Source: Rhynchopus sp. YZ270_cl-10
Lineage: Eukaryota
Length of the DNA stretch: 64,000 bases
Direction: 5' to 3'
Assembly (NCBI GenBank): GCA_964035575.1
Contig: OZ037841.1
Location: 806,001-870,000, forward strand
Both the position numbers and the translations under genes were made by a program. This document shows, one piece after another, positions 1-15,000 of this stretch (the first letter of the stretch is position 1; the number at the start of each line of letters is the position of its first letter). Under the pieces are notes generated by a model. That model was not told the DNA's origin. It ran no database searches and saw nothing but the letters and a program-made list of their open reading frames with translations.

Positions 1-3000
1 ACGCGTTGTTTTGGATGCGTTACAACGCGCTGCTTTCGACGCGTTGTTTTGGATGCGTTACAACGCGCTGTTTTCGACGCGTTGTTTTGGTTGCGTTACA
101 ACGCGCTGCTTTCGACGCGTTGTTTTGTTTGCGTTACAACGCGCTGCTTTCGACGCGTTGTTTTGGATGCGTTACAACGCGCTGCTTTCGACGCGTTGTT
201 TTGGATGCGTTACAACGCGCTGCTTTCGACGCGTTGTTTTGGTTGCGTTACAACGCGTTGTTTTCGACGCGTTGTTTTGTTTGCGTTACAACGCGCTGCT
301 TTGGACGCGTTGTTTTGGTTGCGTTACAACGCGAAGCTTTCGACGCGTTGTTTTGTTTGCGTTACAACGCGCTGCTTTCGACGTGTTGTTTTGGTTGCGT
401 TACAACGCGCTGCTTTCGACGCGTTGTTTTGGTTGCGTTACAACGCGCTGCTTTCGACGCGTTGTTTTGTTTGCGTTACAACGCGCTGCTTTCGACGTGT
501 TGTTTTGGTTGCGTTACAACGCGCTGCTTTCGACGCGTTGTTTTGGTTGCGTTACAACGCGCTGTTTTCGACGCGTTGTTTTGGTTGCGTTACAACGCGC
601 TGCTTTCGACGCGTTGTTTTGTTTGCGTTACAACGCGCTGCTTTCGACGCGTTGTTTTGGATGCGTTACAACGCGATGCTTTCGACGCGTTGTTTTGGAT
701 GCGTTACAACGCGCTGCTTTCGACCCGTTGTTTTGGTTGCGTTACAACGCGCTGCTTTCGACGCGTTGTTTTGGTTGCGTTACAACGCGCTGTTTTCGAC
801 GCGTTGTTTTGGTTGCGTTACAACGCGCTGCTTTCGACGCGTTGTTTTGGATGCGTTACAACGCGATGCTTTCGACGCGTTGTTTTGGATGCGTTACAAC
901 GCGCTGCTTTCGACGCGTTGTTTTGGTTGCGTTACAACGCGCTGCTTTCGACGCGTTGTTTTGGTTGCGTTACAACGCGCTGCTTTCGACGCGTTGTTTT
1001 GGTTGCGTTACAACGCGCTGTTTTCGACGCGTTGTTTTGGTTGCGTTACAACGCGCTGCTTTCGACGCGTTGTTTTGGTTGCGTTACAACGCGCTGTTTT
1101 CGACGCGTTGTTTTGTTTGCGTTACAACGCGCTGCTTTCGACGCGTTGTTTTGGTTGCGTTACAACGCGCTGCTTTCGACGCGTTGTTTTGGATGCGTTA
1201 CAACGCGCTGCTTTCGACGCGTTGTTTTGGTTGCGTTACAACGCGTTGTTTTCGACGCGTTGTTTTGGTTGCGTTACAACGCACTGTTTTCGACGCGTTG
1301 TTTTGGTTGCGTTACAACGCGCTGCTTTCGACGCGTTGTTTTGGTTGCGTTACAACGCGTTGTTTTCGACGCGTTGTTTTGTTTGCGTTACAACGCGCTG
1401 TTTTCGACGCGTTGTTTTGGTTGCGTTACAACGCGCTGCTTTCGACGCGTTGTTTTGGTTGCGTTACAACGCGTTGTTTTCGACGCGTTGTTTTGGTTGC
1501 GTTACAACGCACTGTTTTCGACGCGTTGTTTTGGTTGCGTTACAACGCGCTGCTTTCGACGCGTTGTTTTGGTTGCGTTACAACGCGTTGTTTTCGACGC
1601 GTTGTTTTGTTTGCGTTACAACGCGCTGCTTTGGACGCGTTGTTTTGGTTGCGTTACAACGCGCTGCTTTCGACGCGTTGTTTTGGTTGCGTTACAACGC
1701 GTTGTTTTCGACGCGTTGTTTTGTTTGCGCTACAACGCGCTGTTTTCGACGCGTTGTTTTGGTTGCGTTACAACGCGCTGCTTTCGACGCGTTGTTTTGG
1801 TTGCGTTACAACGCGTTGTTTTCGACGCGTTGTTTTGGTTGCGTTCCAACGCGCTGTTTTCGACGCGTTGTTTTGTTTGCGTTACAACGCGATGCTTACG
1901 AAGCGTTGTTTTGGTTGCGTTACAACGCGATGCTTTCGACGCGTTGTTTTGGTTGCGTTACAACGCGCTGCTTTCGACGCGTTGTTTTGGTTGCGTTACA
2001 ACGCGCTGTTTTCGACGCGTTGTTTTGGTTGCGTTACAACGCGTGGCTTTCGACGCGTTGTTTTGGTTGCGTTGCAACGCGCTGCTTTCGACGCGTTGTT
2101 TTGTTTGCGTTACAACGCGCTGTTTTCGACGCGTTGTTTTGGTTGCGTTACAACGCGCTGTTTTCGACGCGTTGTTTTGTTTGCGTTACAACGCGTGGCT
2201 TTCGACACGTTGTTTTGGTTGCGTTACAACGCGCTGTTTTCGACGCGTTGTTTTGGTTGCGTTACAACGCGCTGCTTTCGACGCGTTGTTTTGGATGCGT
2301 TACAGCGCGCTGTTTTCGACGCGTTGTTTTGGTTGCGTCACAACGCGCTCTTTTCGACACGTTGTTTTGGTTGCGTTACAACGCGCTGCTTTCGACGCGT
2401 TGTTTTGGTTGCGTTACAACGCGCTGCTTTCGACGCGTTGTATTGGTTGCTTTACAACGCGCTGTTTTCGACGCGTGGTTTTGGTTGCGTTACAACGCGT
2501 GGCTTTCGACGCGTTGTTTTGATTGCGTTACAACGCGCTGGTTTCGACGCGTTGTATTGGTTGCTTTACAACGCGCTCTTTTCGACGCGTTGTTTTGGTT
2601 GCGTCACAACGCGCTGCTTTCGACGCGTTGTTTTGGTTGCGTTACAACGCGTGGCTTTCGACACGTTGTTTTGGATGCGTTACAACGCGTGGCTTTCGAC
2701 ACGTTGTTTTGGATGCGTTACAACGCGTGGCTTTCGACACGTTGTTTTAGTTGCGTTTCAACGCGTGGCTTTCTACGCGTTGTTTTGGTTGCGTTACAAC
2801 GCGATGCTTTCGACGCGTTGTTTTGGTTGCGTCACAACGCGCTGTTTTCGACGCGTTGTTTTGGATGCGTTACAACGCGCTGCTTTCGACGCGTTGTTTT
2901 GGTTGCGTTACAACGCGCTGCTTTCGACGCGTTGTTTTGGTTGCGTTACAACGCGCTGTTTTCGACGCGTTGTTTTGGTTGCGTTACAACGCGCTGTTTT

Positions 3001-6000
3001 CGACGCGTTGTTTTGGTTGCGTTACAACGCGCTGTTTTCGACGCGTTGTTTTGTTTGCGTTACAACGCGCTGCTTTCGACGCGTTGTTTTGGTTGCGTTA
3101 CAACGCGCTGCTTTCGACGCGTTGTTTTGGATGCGTTACAACGCGCTGCTTTCGACGCGTTGTTTTGGTTGCGTTACAACGCGTTGTTTTCGACGCGTTG
3201 TTTTGTTTGCGTTACAACGCGCTGTTTTCGACGCGTTGTTTTGGTTGCGTTACAACGCGCTGCTTTCGACGCGTTGTTTTGGTTGCGTTACAACGCGTTG
3301 TTTTCGACGCGTTGTTTTGGTTGCGTTACAACGCGCTGCTTTCGACGCGTTGTTTTGGTTGCGTTACAACGCGTTGTTTTCGACGCGTTGTTTTGGTTGC
3401 GTTACAACGCGCTGCTTTCGACGCGTTGTTTTGGTTGCGTTACAACGCGCTGTTTTCGACGCGTTGTTTTGGTTGCGTTACAACGCGCTGCTTTCGACGC
3501 GTTGTTTTGGTTGCGTTACAACGCACTGTTTTCGACGCGTTGTTTTGGTTGCGTTACAACGCGCTGCTTTCGACGCGTTGTTTTGGTTGCGTTACAACGC
3601 GTTGTTTTCGACGCGTTGTTTTGTTTGCGTTACAACGCGCTGCTTTGGACGCGTTGTTTTGGTTGCGTTACAACGCGCTGCTTTCGACGCGTTGTTTTGG
3701 TTGCGTTACAACGCGTTGTTTTCGACGCGTTGTTTTGTTTGCGTTACAACGCGCTGTTTTCGACGCGTTGTTTTGGTTGCGTTACAACGCGCTGCTTTCG
3801 ACGCGTTGTTTTGGTTGCGTTACAACGCGTTGTTTTCGACGCGTTGTTTTGGTTGCGTTCCAACGCGCTGTTTTCGACGCGTTGTTTTGTTTGCGTTACA
3901 ACGCGATGCTTTCGACGCGTTGTTTTGGTTGCGTTACAACGCGATGCTTTCGACGCGTTGTTTTGGTTGCGTTACAACGCGCTGCTTTCGACGCGTTGTT
4001 TTGGTTGCGTTACAACGCGCTGTTTTCGACGCGTTGTTTTGGTTGCGTTACAACGCGTGGCTTTCGACGCGTTGTTTTGGTTGCGTTACAACGCGCTGCT
4101 TTCTACGCGTTGTTTTGTTTGCGTTACAACGCGCTGCTTTCGACGCGTTGTTTTGTTTGCGTTACAACGCGATGCTTTCGACGCGTTGTTTTGGTTGCGT
4201 TACAACGCACTGTTTTCGACGCGTTGTTTTGGTTGCGTTACAACGCGCTGCTTTCGACGCGTTGTTTTGGTTGCGTTACAACGCGTTGTTTTCGACGCGT
4301 TGTTTTGTTTGCGTTACAACGCGCTGTTTTCGACGCGTTGTTTTGGTTGCGTTACAACGCGCTGCTTTCGACGCGTTGTTTTGGTTGCGTTACAACGCGT
4401 TGTTTTCGACGCGTTGTTTTGGTTGCGTTACAACGCACTGTTTTCGACGCGTTGTTTTGGTTGCGTTACAACGCGCTGCTTTCGACGCGTTGTTTTGGTT
4501 GCGTTACAACGCGTTGTTTTCGACGCGTTGTTTTGTTTGCGTTACAACGCGCTGCTTTGGACGCGTTGTTTTGGTTGCGTTACAACGCGCTGCTTTCGAC
4601 GCGTTGTTTTGGTTGCGTTACAACGCGTTGTTTTCGACGCGTTGTTTTGTTTGCGCTACAACGCGCTGTTTTCGACGCGTTGTTTTGGTTGCGTTACAAC
4701 GCGCTGCTTTCGACGCGTTGTTTTGGTTGCGTTACAACGCGCTGTTTTCGACGCGTTGTTTTGTTTGCGTTACAACGCGATGCTTACGAAGCGTTGTTTT
4801 GGTTGCGTTACAACGCGATGCTTTCGACGCGTTGTTTTGGTTGCGTTACAACGCGCTGCTTTCGACGCGTTGTTTTGGTTGCGTTACAACGCGCTGTTTT
4901 CGACGCGTTGTTTTGGTTGCGTTACAACGCGTGGCTTTCGACGCGTTGTTTTGGTTGCGTTGCAACGCGCTGCTTTCGACGCGTTGTTTTGTTTGCGTTA
5001 CAACGCGCTGTTTTCGACGCGTTGTTTTGGTTGCGTTACAACGCGCTGTTTTCGACGCGTTGTTTTGTTTGCGTTACAACGCGTGGCTTTCGACACGTTG
5101 TTTTGGTTGCGTCACAACGCGCTGTTTTCGACGCGTTGTTTTGGTTGCGTCACAACGCGCTGTTTTCGACGCGTTGTTTTGGATGCGTTACAACGCGCTG
5201 CTTTCGACGCGTTGTTTTGTTTGCGTTACAACGCGCTGTTTTCGACGCGTTGTTTTGGTTGCGTTACAACGCGCTGTTTTCGACGCGTTGTTTTGTTTGC
5301 GTTACAACGCGTGGCTTTCGACACGTTGTTTTGGTTGCGTCACAACGCGCTGTTTTCGACGCGTTGTTTTGGTTGCGTCACAACGCGCTCTTTTCGACAC
5401 GTTGTTTTGGTTGCGTTACAACGCGCTGCTTTCGACGCGTTGTTTTGGTTGCGTTACAACGCGCTGCTTTCGACGCGTTGTATTGGTTGCTTTACAACGC
5501 GCTGTTTTCGACGCGTGGTTTTGGTTGCGTTACAACGCGTGGCTTTCGACGCGTTGTTTTGATTGCGTTACAACGCGCTGGTTTCGACGCGTTGTATTGG
5601 TTGCTTTACAACGCGCTCTTTTCGACGCGTTGTTTTGGTTGCGTCACAACGCGCTGCTTTCGACGCGTTGTTTTGGTTGCGTTACAACGCGTGGCTTTCG
5701 ACACGTTGTTTTGGATGCGTTACAACGCGTGGCTTTCGACACGTTGTTTTGGATGCGTTACAACGCGTGGCTTTCGACACGTTGTTTTAGTTGCGTTTCA
5801 ACGCGTGGCTTTCTACGCGTTGTTTTGGTTGCGTTACAACGCGATGCTTTCGACGCGTTGTTTTGGTTGCGTCACAACGCGCTGTTTTCGACGCGTTGTT
5901 TTGGATGCGTTACAACGCGCTGCTTTCGACGCGTTGTTTTGGTTGCGTTACAACGCGCTGCTTTCGACGCGTTGTTTTGGTTGCGTTACAACGCGCTGTT

Positions 6001-9000
6001 TTCGACGCGTTGTTTTGGTTGCGTTACAACGCGCTGTTTTCGACGCGTTGTTTTGGTTGCGTTACAACGCGCTGTTTTCGACGCGTTGTTTTGGTTGCGT
6101 TACAACGCGCTGTTTTCGACGCGTTGTTTTGTTTGCGTTACAACGCGCTGCTTTCGACGCGTTGTTTTGGTTGCGTTACAACGCGTTGTTTTCGACGCGT
6201 TGTTTTGGTTGCGTTCCAACGCGCTGTTTTCGACGCGTTGTTTTGTTTGCGTTACAACGCGATGCTTTCGACGCGTTGTTTTGGTTGCGTTACAACGCGA
6301 TGCTTTCGACGCGTTGTTTTGGTTGCGTTACAACGCGCTGCTTTCGACGCGTTGTTTTGGTTGCGTTACAACGCGCTGTTTTCGACGCGTTGTTTTGGTT
6401 GCGTTACAACGCGTGGCTTTCGACGCGTTGTTTTGGTTGCGTTACAACGCGCTGCTTTCTACGCGTTGTTTTGTTTGCGTTACAACGCGCTGCTTTCGAC
6501 GCGTTGTTTTGTTTGCGTTACAACGCGATGCTTTCGACGCGTTGTTTTGGTTGCGTTACAACGCGATGCTTTCGACGCGTTGTTTTGGATGCGTTACAAC
6601 GCGCTGCTTTCGACGCGTTGTTTTGTTTGCGTTACAACGCGCTGCTTTCGACGCGTTGTTTTGGATGCGTTACAACGCGATGCTTTCGACGCGTTGTTTT
6701 GGATGCGTTACAACGCGCTGCTTTCGACCCGTTGTTTTGGTTGCGTTACAACGCGCTGCTTTCGACGCGTTGTTTTGGTTGCGTTACAACGCGCTGTTTT
6801 CGACGCGTTGTTTTGGTTGCGTTACAACGCGCTGCTTTCGACGCGTTGTTTTGGATGCGTTACAACGCGATGCTTTCGACGCGTTGTTTTGGATGCGTTA
6901 CAACGCGCTGCTTTCGACGCGTTGTTTTGGTTGCGTTACAACGCGCTGCTTTCGACGCGTTGTTTTGGTTGCGTTACAACGCGCTGCTTTCGACGCGTTG
7001 TTTTGGTTGCGTTACAACGCGCTGTTTTCGACGCGTTGTTTTGGTTGCGTTACAACGCGCTGCTTTCGACGCGTTGTTTTGGTTGCGTTACAACGCGCTG
7101 TTTTCGACGCGTTGTTTTGTTTGCGTTACAACGCGCTGCTTTCGACGCGTTGTTTTGGTTGCGTTACAACGCGCTGCTTTCGACGCGTTGTTTTGGATGC
7201 GTTACAACGCGCTGCTTTCGACGCGTTGTTTTGGTTGCGTTACAACGCGTTGTTTTCGACGCGTTGTTTTGGTTGCGTTACAACGCACTGTTTTCGACGC
7301 GTTGTTTTGGTTGCGTTACAACGCGCTGCTTTCGACGCGTTGTTTTGGTTGCGTTACAACGCGTTGTTTTCGACGCGTTGTTTTGTTTGCGTTACAACGC
7401 GCTGTTTTCGACGCGTTGTTTTGGTTGCGTTACAACGCGCTGCTTTCGACGCGTTGTTTTGGTTGCGTTACAACGCGTTGTTTTCGACGCGTTGTTTTGG
7501 TTGCGTTACAACGCACTGTTTTCGACGCGTTGTTTTGGTTGCGTTACAACGCGCTGCTTTCGACGCGTTGTTTTGGTTGCGTTACAACGCGTTGTTTTCG
7601 ACGCGTTGTTTTGTTTGCGTTACAACGCGCTGCTTTGGACGCGTTGTTTTGGTTGCGTTACAACGCGCTGCTTTCGACGCGTTGTTTTGGTTGCGTTACA
7701 ACGCGTTGTTTTCGACGCGTTGTTTTGTTTGCGCTACAACGCGCTGTTTTCGACGCGTTGTTTTGGTTGCGTTACAACGCGCTGCTTTCGACGCGTTGTT
7801 TTGGTTGCGTTACAACGCGTTGTTTTCGACGCGTTGTTTTGGTTGCGTTCCAACGCGCTGTTTTCGACGCGTTGTTTTGTTTGCGTTACAACGCGATGCT
7901 TACGAAGCGTTGTTTTGGTTGCGTTACAACGCGATGCTTTCGACGCGTTGTTTTGGTTGCGTTACAACGCGCTGCTTTCGACGCGTTGTTTTGGTTGCGT
8001 TACAACGCGCTGTTTTCGACGCGTTGTTTTGGTTGCGTTACAACGCGTGGCTTTCGACGCGTTGTTTTGGTTGCGTTGCAACGCGCTGCTTTCGACGCGT
8101 TGTTTTGTTTGCGTTACAACGCGCTGTTTTCGACGCGTTGTTTTGGTTGCGTTACAACGCGCTGTTTTCGACGCGTTGTTTTGTTTGCGTTACAACGCGT
8201 GGCTTTCGACACGTTGTTTTGGTTGCGTCACAACGCGCTGTTTTCGACGCGTTGTTTTGGTTGCGTCACAACGCGCTGTTTTCGACGCGTTGTTTTGGAT
8301 GCGTTACAGCGCGCTGTTTTCGACGCGTTGTTTTGGTTGCGTCACAACGCGCTCTTTTCGACACGTTGTTTTGGTTGCGTTACAACGCGCTGCTTTCGAC
8401 GCGTTGTTTTGGTTGCGTTACAACGCGCTGCTTTCGACGCGTTGTATTGGTTGCTTTACAACGCGCTGTTTTCGACGCGTGGTTTTGGTTGCGTTACAAC
8501 GCGTGGCTTTCGACGCGTTGTTTTGATTGCGTTACAACGCGCTGGTTTCGACGCGTTGTATTGGTTGCTTTACAACGCGCTCTTTTCGACGCGTTGTTTT
8601 GGTTGCGTCACAACGCGCTGCTTTCGACGCGTTGTTTTGGTTGCGTTACAACGCGTGGCTTTCGACACGTTGTTTTGGATGCGTTACAACGCGTGGCTTT
8701 CGACACGTTGTTTTGGATGCGTTACAACGCGTGGCTTTCGACACGTTGTTTTAGTTGCGTTTCAACGCGTGGCTTTCTACGCGTTGTTTTGGTTGCGTTA
8801 CAACGCGATGCTTTCGACGCGTTGTTTTGGTTGCGTCACAACGCGCTGTTTTCGACGCGTTGTTTTGGATGCGTTACAACGCGCTGCTTTCGACGCGTTG
8901 TTTTGGTTGCGTTACAACGCGCTGCTTTCGACGCGTTGTTTTGGTTGCGTTACAACGCGCTGTTTTCGACGCGTTGTTTTGGTTGCGTTACAACGCGCTG

Positions 9001-12000
9001 TTTTCGACGCGTTGTTTTGGTTGCGTTACAACGCGCTGTTTTCGACGCGTTGTTTTGTTTGCGTTACAACGCGCTGCTTTCGACGCGTTGTTTTGGTTGC
9101 GTTACAACGCGCTGCTTTCGACGCGTTGTTTTGGATGCGTTACAACGCGCTGCTTTCGACGCGTTGTTTTGGTTGCGTTACAACGCGTTGTTTTCGACGC
9201 GTTGTTTTGTTTGCGTTACAACGCGCTGTTTTCGACGCGTTGTTTTGGTTGCGTTACAACGCGCTGCTTTCGACGCGTTGTTTTGGTTGCGTTACAACGC
9301 GTTGTTTTCGACGCGTTGTTTTGGTTGCGTTACAACGCACTGTTTTCGACGCGTTGTTTTGGTTGCGTTACAACGCGCTGCTTTCGACGCGTTGTTTTGG
9401 TTGCGTTACAACGCGTTGTTTTCGACGCGTTGTTTTGTTTGCGTTACAACGCGCTGCTTTGGACGCGTTGTTTTGGTTGCGTTACAACGCGCTGCTTTCG
9501 ACGCGTTGTTTTGGTTGCGTTACAACGCGTTGTTTTCGACGCGTTGTTTTGTTTGCGTTACAACGCGCTGTTTTCGACGCGTTGTTTTGGTTGCGTTACA
9601 ACGCGCTGCTTTCGACGCGTTGTTTTGGTTGCGTTACAACGCGTTGTTTTCGACGCGTTGTTTTGGTTGCGTTCCAACGCGCTGTTTTCGACGCGTTGTT
9701 TTGTTTGCGTTACAACGCGATGCTTTCGACGCGTTGTTTTGGTTGCGTTACAACGCGATGCTTTCGACGCGTTGTTTTGGTTGCGTTACAACGCGCTGCT
9801 TTCGACGCGTTGTTTTGGTTGCGTTACAACGCGCTGTTTTCGACGCGTTGTTTTGGTTGCGTTACAACGCGTGGCTTTCGACGCGTTGTTTTGGTTGCGT
9901 TACAACGCGCTGCTTTCTACGCGTTGTTTTGTTTGCGTTACAACGCGCTGCTTTCGACGCGTTGTTTTGTTTGCGTTACAACGCGATGCTTTCGACGCGT
10001 TGTTTTGGTTGCGTTACAACGCACTGTTTTCGACGCGTTGTTTTGGTTGCGTTACAACGCGCTGCTTTCGACGCGTTGTTTTGGTTGCGTTACAACGCGT
10101 TGTTTTCGACGCGTTGTTTTGTTTGCGTTACAACGCGCTGTTTTCGACGCGTTGTTTTGGTTGCGTTACAACGCGCTGCTTTCGACGCGTTGTTTTGGTT
10201 GCGTTACAACGCGTTGTTTTCGACGCGTTGTTTTGGTTGCGTTACAACGCACTGTTTTCGACGCGTTGTTTTGGTTGCGTTACAACGCGCTGCTTTCGAC
10301 GCGTTGTTTTGGTTGCGTTACAACGCGTTGTTTTCGACGCGTTGTTTTGTTTGCGTTACAACGCGCTGCTTTGGACGCGTTGTTTTGGTTGCGTTACAAC
10401 GCGCTGCTTTCGACGCGTTGTTTTGGTTGCGTTACAACGCGTTGTTTTCGACGCGTTGTTTTGTTTGCGCTACAACGCGCTGTTTTCGACGCGTTGTTTT
10501 GGTTGCGTTACAACGCGCTGCTTTCGACGCGTTGTTTTGGTTGCGTTACAACGCGTTGTTTTCGACGCGTTGTTTTGGTTGCGTTCCAACGCGCTGTTTT
10601 CGACGCGTTGTTTTGTTTGCGTTACAACGCGATGCTTACGAAGCGTTGTTTTGGTTGCGTTACAACGCGATGCTTTCGACGCGTTGTTTTGGTTGCGTTA
10701 CAACGCGCTGCTTTCGACGCGTTGTTTTGGTTGCGTTACAACGCGCTGTTTTCGACGCGTTGTTTTGGTTGCGTTACAACGCGTGGCTTTCGACGCGTTG
10801 TTTTGGTTGCGTTGCAACGCGCTGCTTTCGACGCGTTGTTTTGTTTGCGTTACAACGCGCTGTTTTCGACGCGTTGTTTTGGTTGCGTTACAACGCGCTG
10901 TTTTCGACGCGTTGTTTTGTTTGCGTTACAACGCGTGGCTTTCGACACGTTGTTTTGGTTGCGTCACAACGCGCTGTTTTCGACGCGTTGTTTTGGTTGC
11001 GTCACAACGCGCTGTTTTCGACGCGTTGTTTTGGATGCGTTACAGCGCGCTGTTTTCGACGCGTTGTTTTGGTTGCGTCACAACGCGCTCTTTTCGACAC
11101 GTTGTTTTGGTTGCGTTACAACGCGCTGCTTTCGACGCGTTGTTTTGGTTGCGTTACAACGCGCTGCTTTCGACGCGTTGTATTGGTTGCTTTACAACGC
11201 GCTGTTTTCGACGCGTGGTTTTGGTTGCGTTACAACGCGTGGCTTTCGACGCGTTGTTTTGATTGCGTTACAACGCGCTGGTTTCGACGCGTTGTATTGG
11301 TTGCTTTACAACGCGCTCTTTTCGACGCGTTGTTTTGGTTGCGTCACAACGCGCTGCTTTCGACGCGTTGTTTTGGTTGCGTTACAACGCGTGGCTTTCG
11401 ACACGTTGTTTTGGATGCGTTACAACGCGTGGCTTTCGACACGTTGTTTTGGATGCGTTACAACGCGTGGCTTTCGACACGTTGTTTTAGTTGCGTTTCA
11501 ACGCGTGGCTTTCTACGCGTTGTTTTGGTTGCGTTACAACGCGATGCTTTCGACGCGTTGTTTTGGTTGCGTCACAACGCGCTGTTTTCGACGCGTTGTT
11601 TTGGATGCGTTACAACGCGCTGCTTTCGACGCGTTGTTTTGGTTGCGTTACAACGCGCTGCTTTCGACGCGTTGTTTTGGTTGCGTTACAACGCGCTGTT
11701 TTCGACGCGTTGTTTTGGTTGCGTTACAACGCGCTGTTTTCGACGCGTTGTTTTGGTTGCGTTACAACGCGCTGTTTTCGACGCGTTGTTTTGTTTGCGT
11801 TACAACGCGCTGCTTTCGACGCGTTGTTTTGGTTGCGTTACAACGCGCTGCTTTCGACGCGTTGTTTTGGATGCGTTACAACGCGCTGCTTTCGACGCGT
11901 TGTTTTGGTTGCGTTACAACGCGTTGTTTTCGACGCGTTGTTTTGTTTGCGTTACAACGCGCTGTTTTCGACGCGTTGTTTTGGTTGCGTTACAACGCGC

Positions 12001-15000
12001 TGCTTTCGACGCGTTGTTTTGGTTGCGTTACAACGCGTTGTTTTCGACGCGTTGTTTTGGTTGCGTTACAACGCACTGTTTTCGACGCGTTGTTTTGGTT
12101 GCGTTACAACGCGCTGCTTTCGACGCGTTGTTTTGGTTGCGTTACAACGCGTTGTTTTCGACGCGTTGTTTTGTTTGCGTTACAACGCGCTGCTTTGGAC
12201 GCGTTGTTTTGGTTGCGTTACAACGCGCTGCTTTCGACGCGTTGTTTTGGTTGCGTTACAACGCGTTGTTTTCGACGCGTTGTTTTGTTTGCGTTACAAC
12301 GCGCTGTTTTCGACGCGTTGTTTTGGTTGCGTTACAACGCGCTGCTTTCGACGCGTTGTTTTGGTTGCGTTACAACGCGTTGTTTTCGACGCGTTGTTTT
12401 GGTTGCGTTCCAACGCGCTGTTTTCGACGCGTTGTTTTGTTTGCGTTACAACGCGATGCTTTCGACGCGTTGTTTTGGTTGCGTTACAACGCGATGCTTT
12501 CGACGCGTTGTTTTGGTTGCGTTACAACGCGCTGCTTTCGACGCGTTGTTTTGGTTGCGTTACAACGCGCTGTTTTCGACGCGTTGTTTTGGTTGCGTTA
12601 CAACGCGTGGCTTTCGACGCGTTGTTTTGGTTGCGTTACAACGCGCTGCTTTCTACGCGTTGTTTTGTTTGCGTTACAACGCGCTGCTTTCGACGCGTTG
12701 TTTTGGATGCGTTACAACGCGCTGCTTTCGACGCGTTGTTTTGTTTGCGTTACAACGCGATGCTTTCGACGCGTTGTTTTGGTTGCGTTACAACGCGATG
12801 CTTTCGACGCGTTGTTTTGGATGCGTTACAACGCGCTGCTTTCGACGCGTTGTTTTGGATGCGTTACAACGCGCTGCTTTGGACGCGTTGTTTTGGATGC
12901 GTTACAACGCGCTGCTTTCGACGCGTTGTTTTGGTTGCGTTACAACGCGTGGCTTTCGACGCGTTGTTTTGTTTGCGTTACAACGCGCTGCTTTCGACGC
13001 GTTGTTTTGGTTGCGTTACAACGCGTGGCTTTCGACGCGTTGTTTTGGTTACGTTACAACGCGCTGCTTTCGACGCGTTGTTTTGTTTGCGTTACAACGC
13101 GCTGCTTTCGACGCGTTGTTTTGTTTGCGTTACAACGCGCTGCTTTCGACGCGTTGTTTTGTTTGCGTTACAACGCGCTGCTTTCGACGCGTTGTTTTGG
13201 ATGCGTTACAACGCGCTGCTTTCGACGCGTTGTTTTGTTTGCGTTACAACGCGCTGCTTTCGACGCGTTGTTTTGGATGCGTTACAACGCGCTGCTTTCG
13301 ACGCGTTGTTTTGGATGCGTTACAACGCGCTGCTTTCGACGCGTTGTTTTGGTTGCGTTACAACGCGCTGCTTTCGACGCGTTGTTTTGGTTGCGTTACA
13401 ACGCGCTGTTTTCGACGCGTTGTTTTGGTTGCGTTACAACGCGCTGCTTTCGACGCGTTGTTTTGTTTGCGTTACAACGCGCTGCTTTCGACGCGTTGTT
13501 TTGTTTGCGTTACAACGCGATGCTTTCGACGCGTTGTTTTGGTTGCGTTACAACGCGATGCTTTCGACGCGTTGTTTTGGATGCGTTACAACGCGCTGCT
13601 TTCGACGCGTTGTTTTGGATGCGTTACAACGCGCTGTTTTCGACGCGTTGTTTTGGTTGCGTTACAACGCGCTGCTTTCGACGCGTTGTTTTGTTTGCGT
13701 TACAACGCGCTGCTTTCGACGCGTTGTTTTGGATGCGTTACAACGCGCTGCTTTCGACGCGTTGTTTTGGATGCGTTACAACGCGCTGCTTTCGACGCGT
13801 TGTTTTGGTTGCGTTACAACGCGTTGTTTTCGACGCGTTGTTTTGTTTGCGTTACAACGCGCTGCTTTGGACGCGTTGTTTTGGTTGCGTTACAACGCGA
13901 AGCTTTCGACGCGTTGTTTTGTTTGCGTTACAACGCGCTGCTTTCGACGTGTTGTTTTGGTTGCGTTACAACGCGCTGCTTTCGACGCGTTGTTTTGGTT
14001 GCGTTACAACGCGCTGCTTTCGACGCGTTGTTTTGTTTGCGTTACAACGCGCTGCTTTCGACGCGTTGTTTTGTTTGCGTTACAACGCGCTGCTTTCGAC
14101 GTGTTGTTTTGGTTGCGTTACAACGCGCTGCTTTCGACGCGTTGTTTTGGTTGCGTTACAACGCGCTGTTTTCGACGCGTTGTTTTGGTTGCGTTACAAC
14201 GCGCTGCTTTCGACGCGTTGTTTTGTTTGCGTTACAACGCGCTGCTTTCGACGCGTTGTTTTGGATGCGTTACAACGCGATGCTTTCGACGCGTTGTTTT
14301 GGATGCGTTACAACGCGCTGCTTTCGACCCGTTGTTTTGGTTGCGTTACAACGCGCTGCTTTCGACGCGTTGTTTTGGTTGCGTTACAACGCGCTGCTTT
14401 CGACGCGTTGTTTTGGATGCGTTACAACGCGATGCTTTCGACGCGTTGTTTTGGATGCGTTACAACGCGCTGCTTTCGACGCGTTGTTTTGGTTGCGTTA
14501 CAACGCGCTGCTTTCGACGCGTTGTTTTGGTTGCGTTACAACGCGCTGTTTTCGACGCGTTGTTTTGTTTGCGTTACAACGCACTGTTTTCGACGCGTTG
14601 TTTTGTTTGCGTTACAACGCGCTGCTTTCGACGCGTTGTTTTGGATGCGTTACAACGCGCTGCTTTCGACGCGTTGTTTTGGTTGCGTTACAACGCGCTG
14701 TTTTCGACGCGTTGTTTTGGTTGCGTTACAACGCGCTGCTTTCGACGCGTTGTTTTGGTTGCGTTACAACGCGCTGTTTTCGACGCGTTGTTTTGTTTGC
14801 GTTACAACGCGCTGCTTTCGACGCGTTGTTTTGGTTGCGTTACAACGCGCTGCTTTCGACGCGTTGTTTTGGATGCGTTACAACGCGCTGCTTTCGACGC
14901 GTTGTTTTGGTTGCGTTACAACGCGTTGTTTTCGACGCGTTGTTTTGTTTGCGTTACAACGCGCTGTTTTCGACGCGTTGTTTTGGTTGCGTTACAACGC

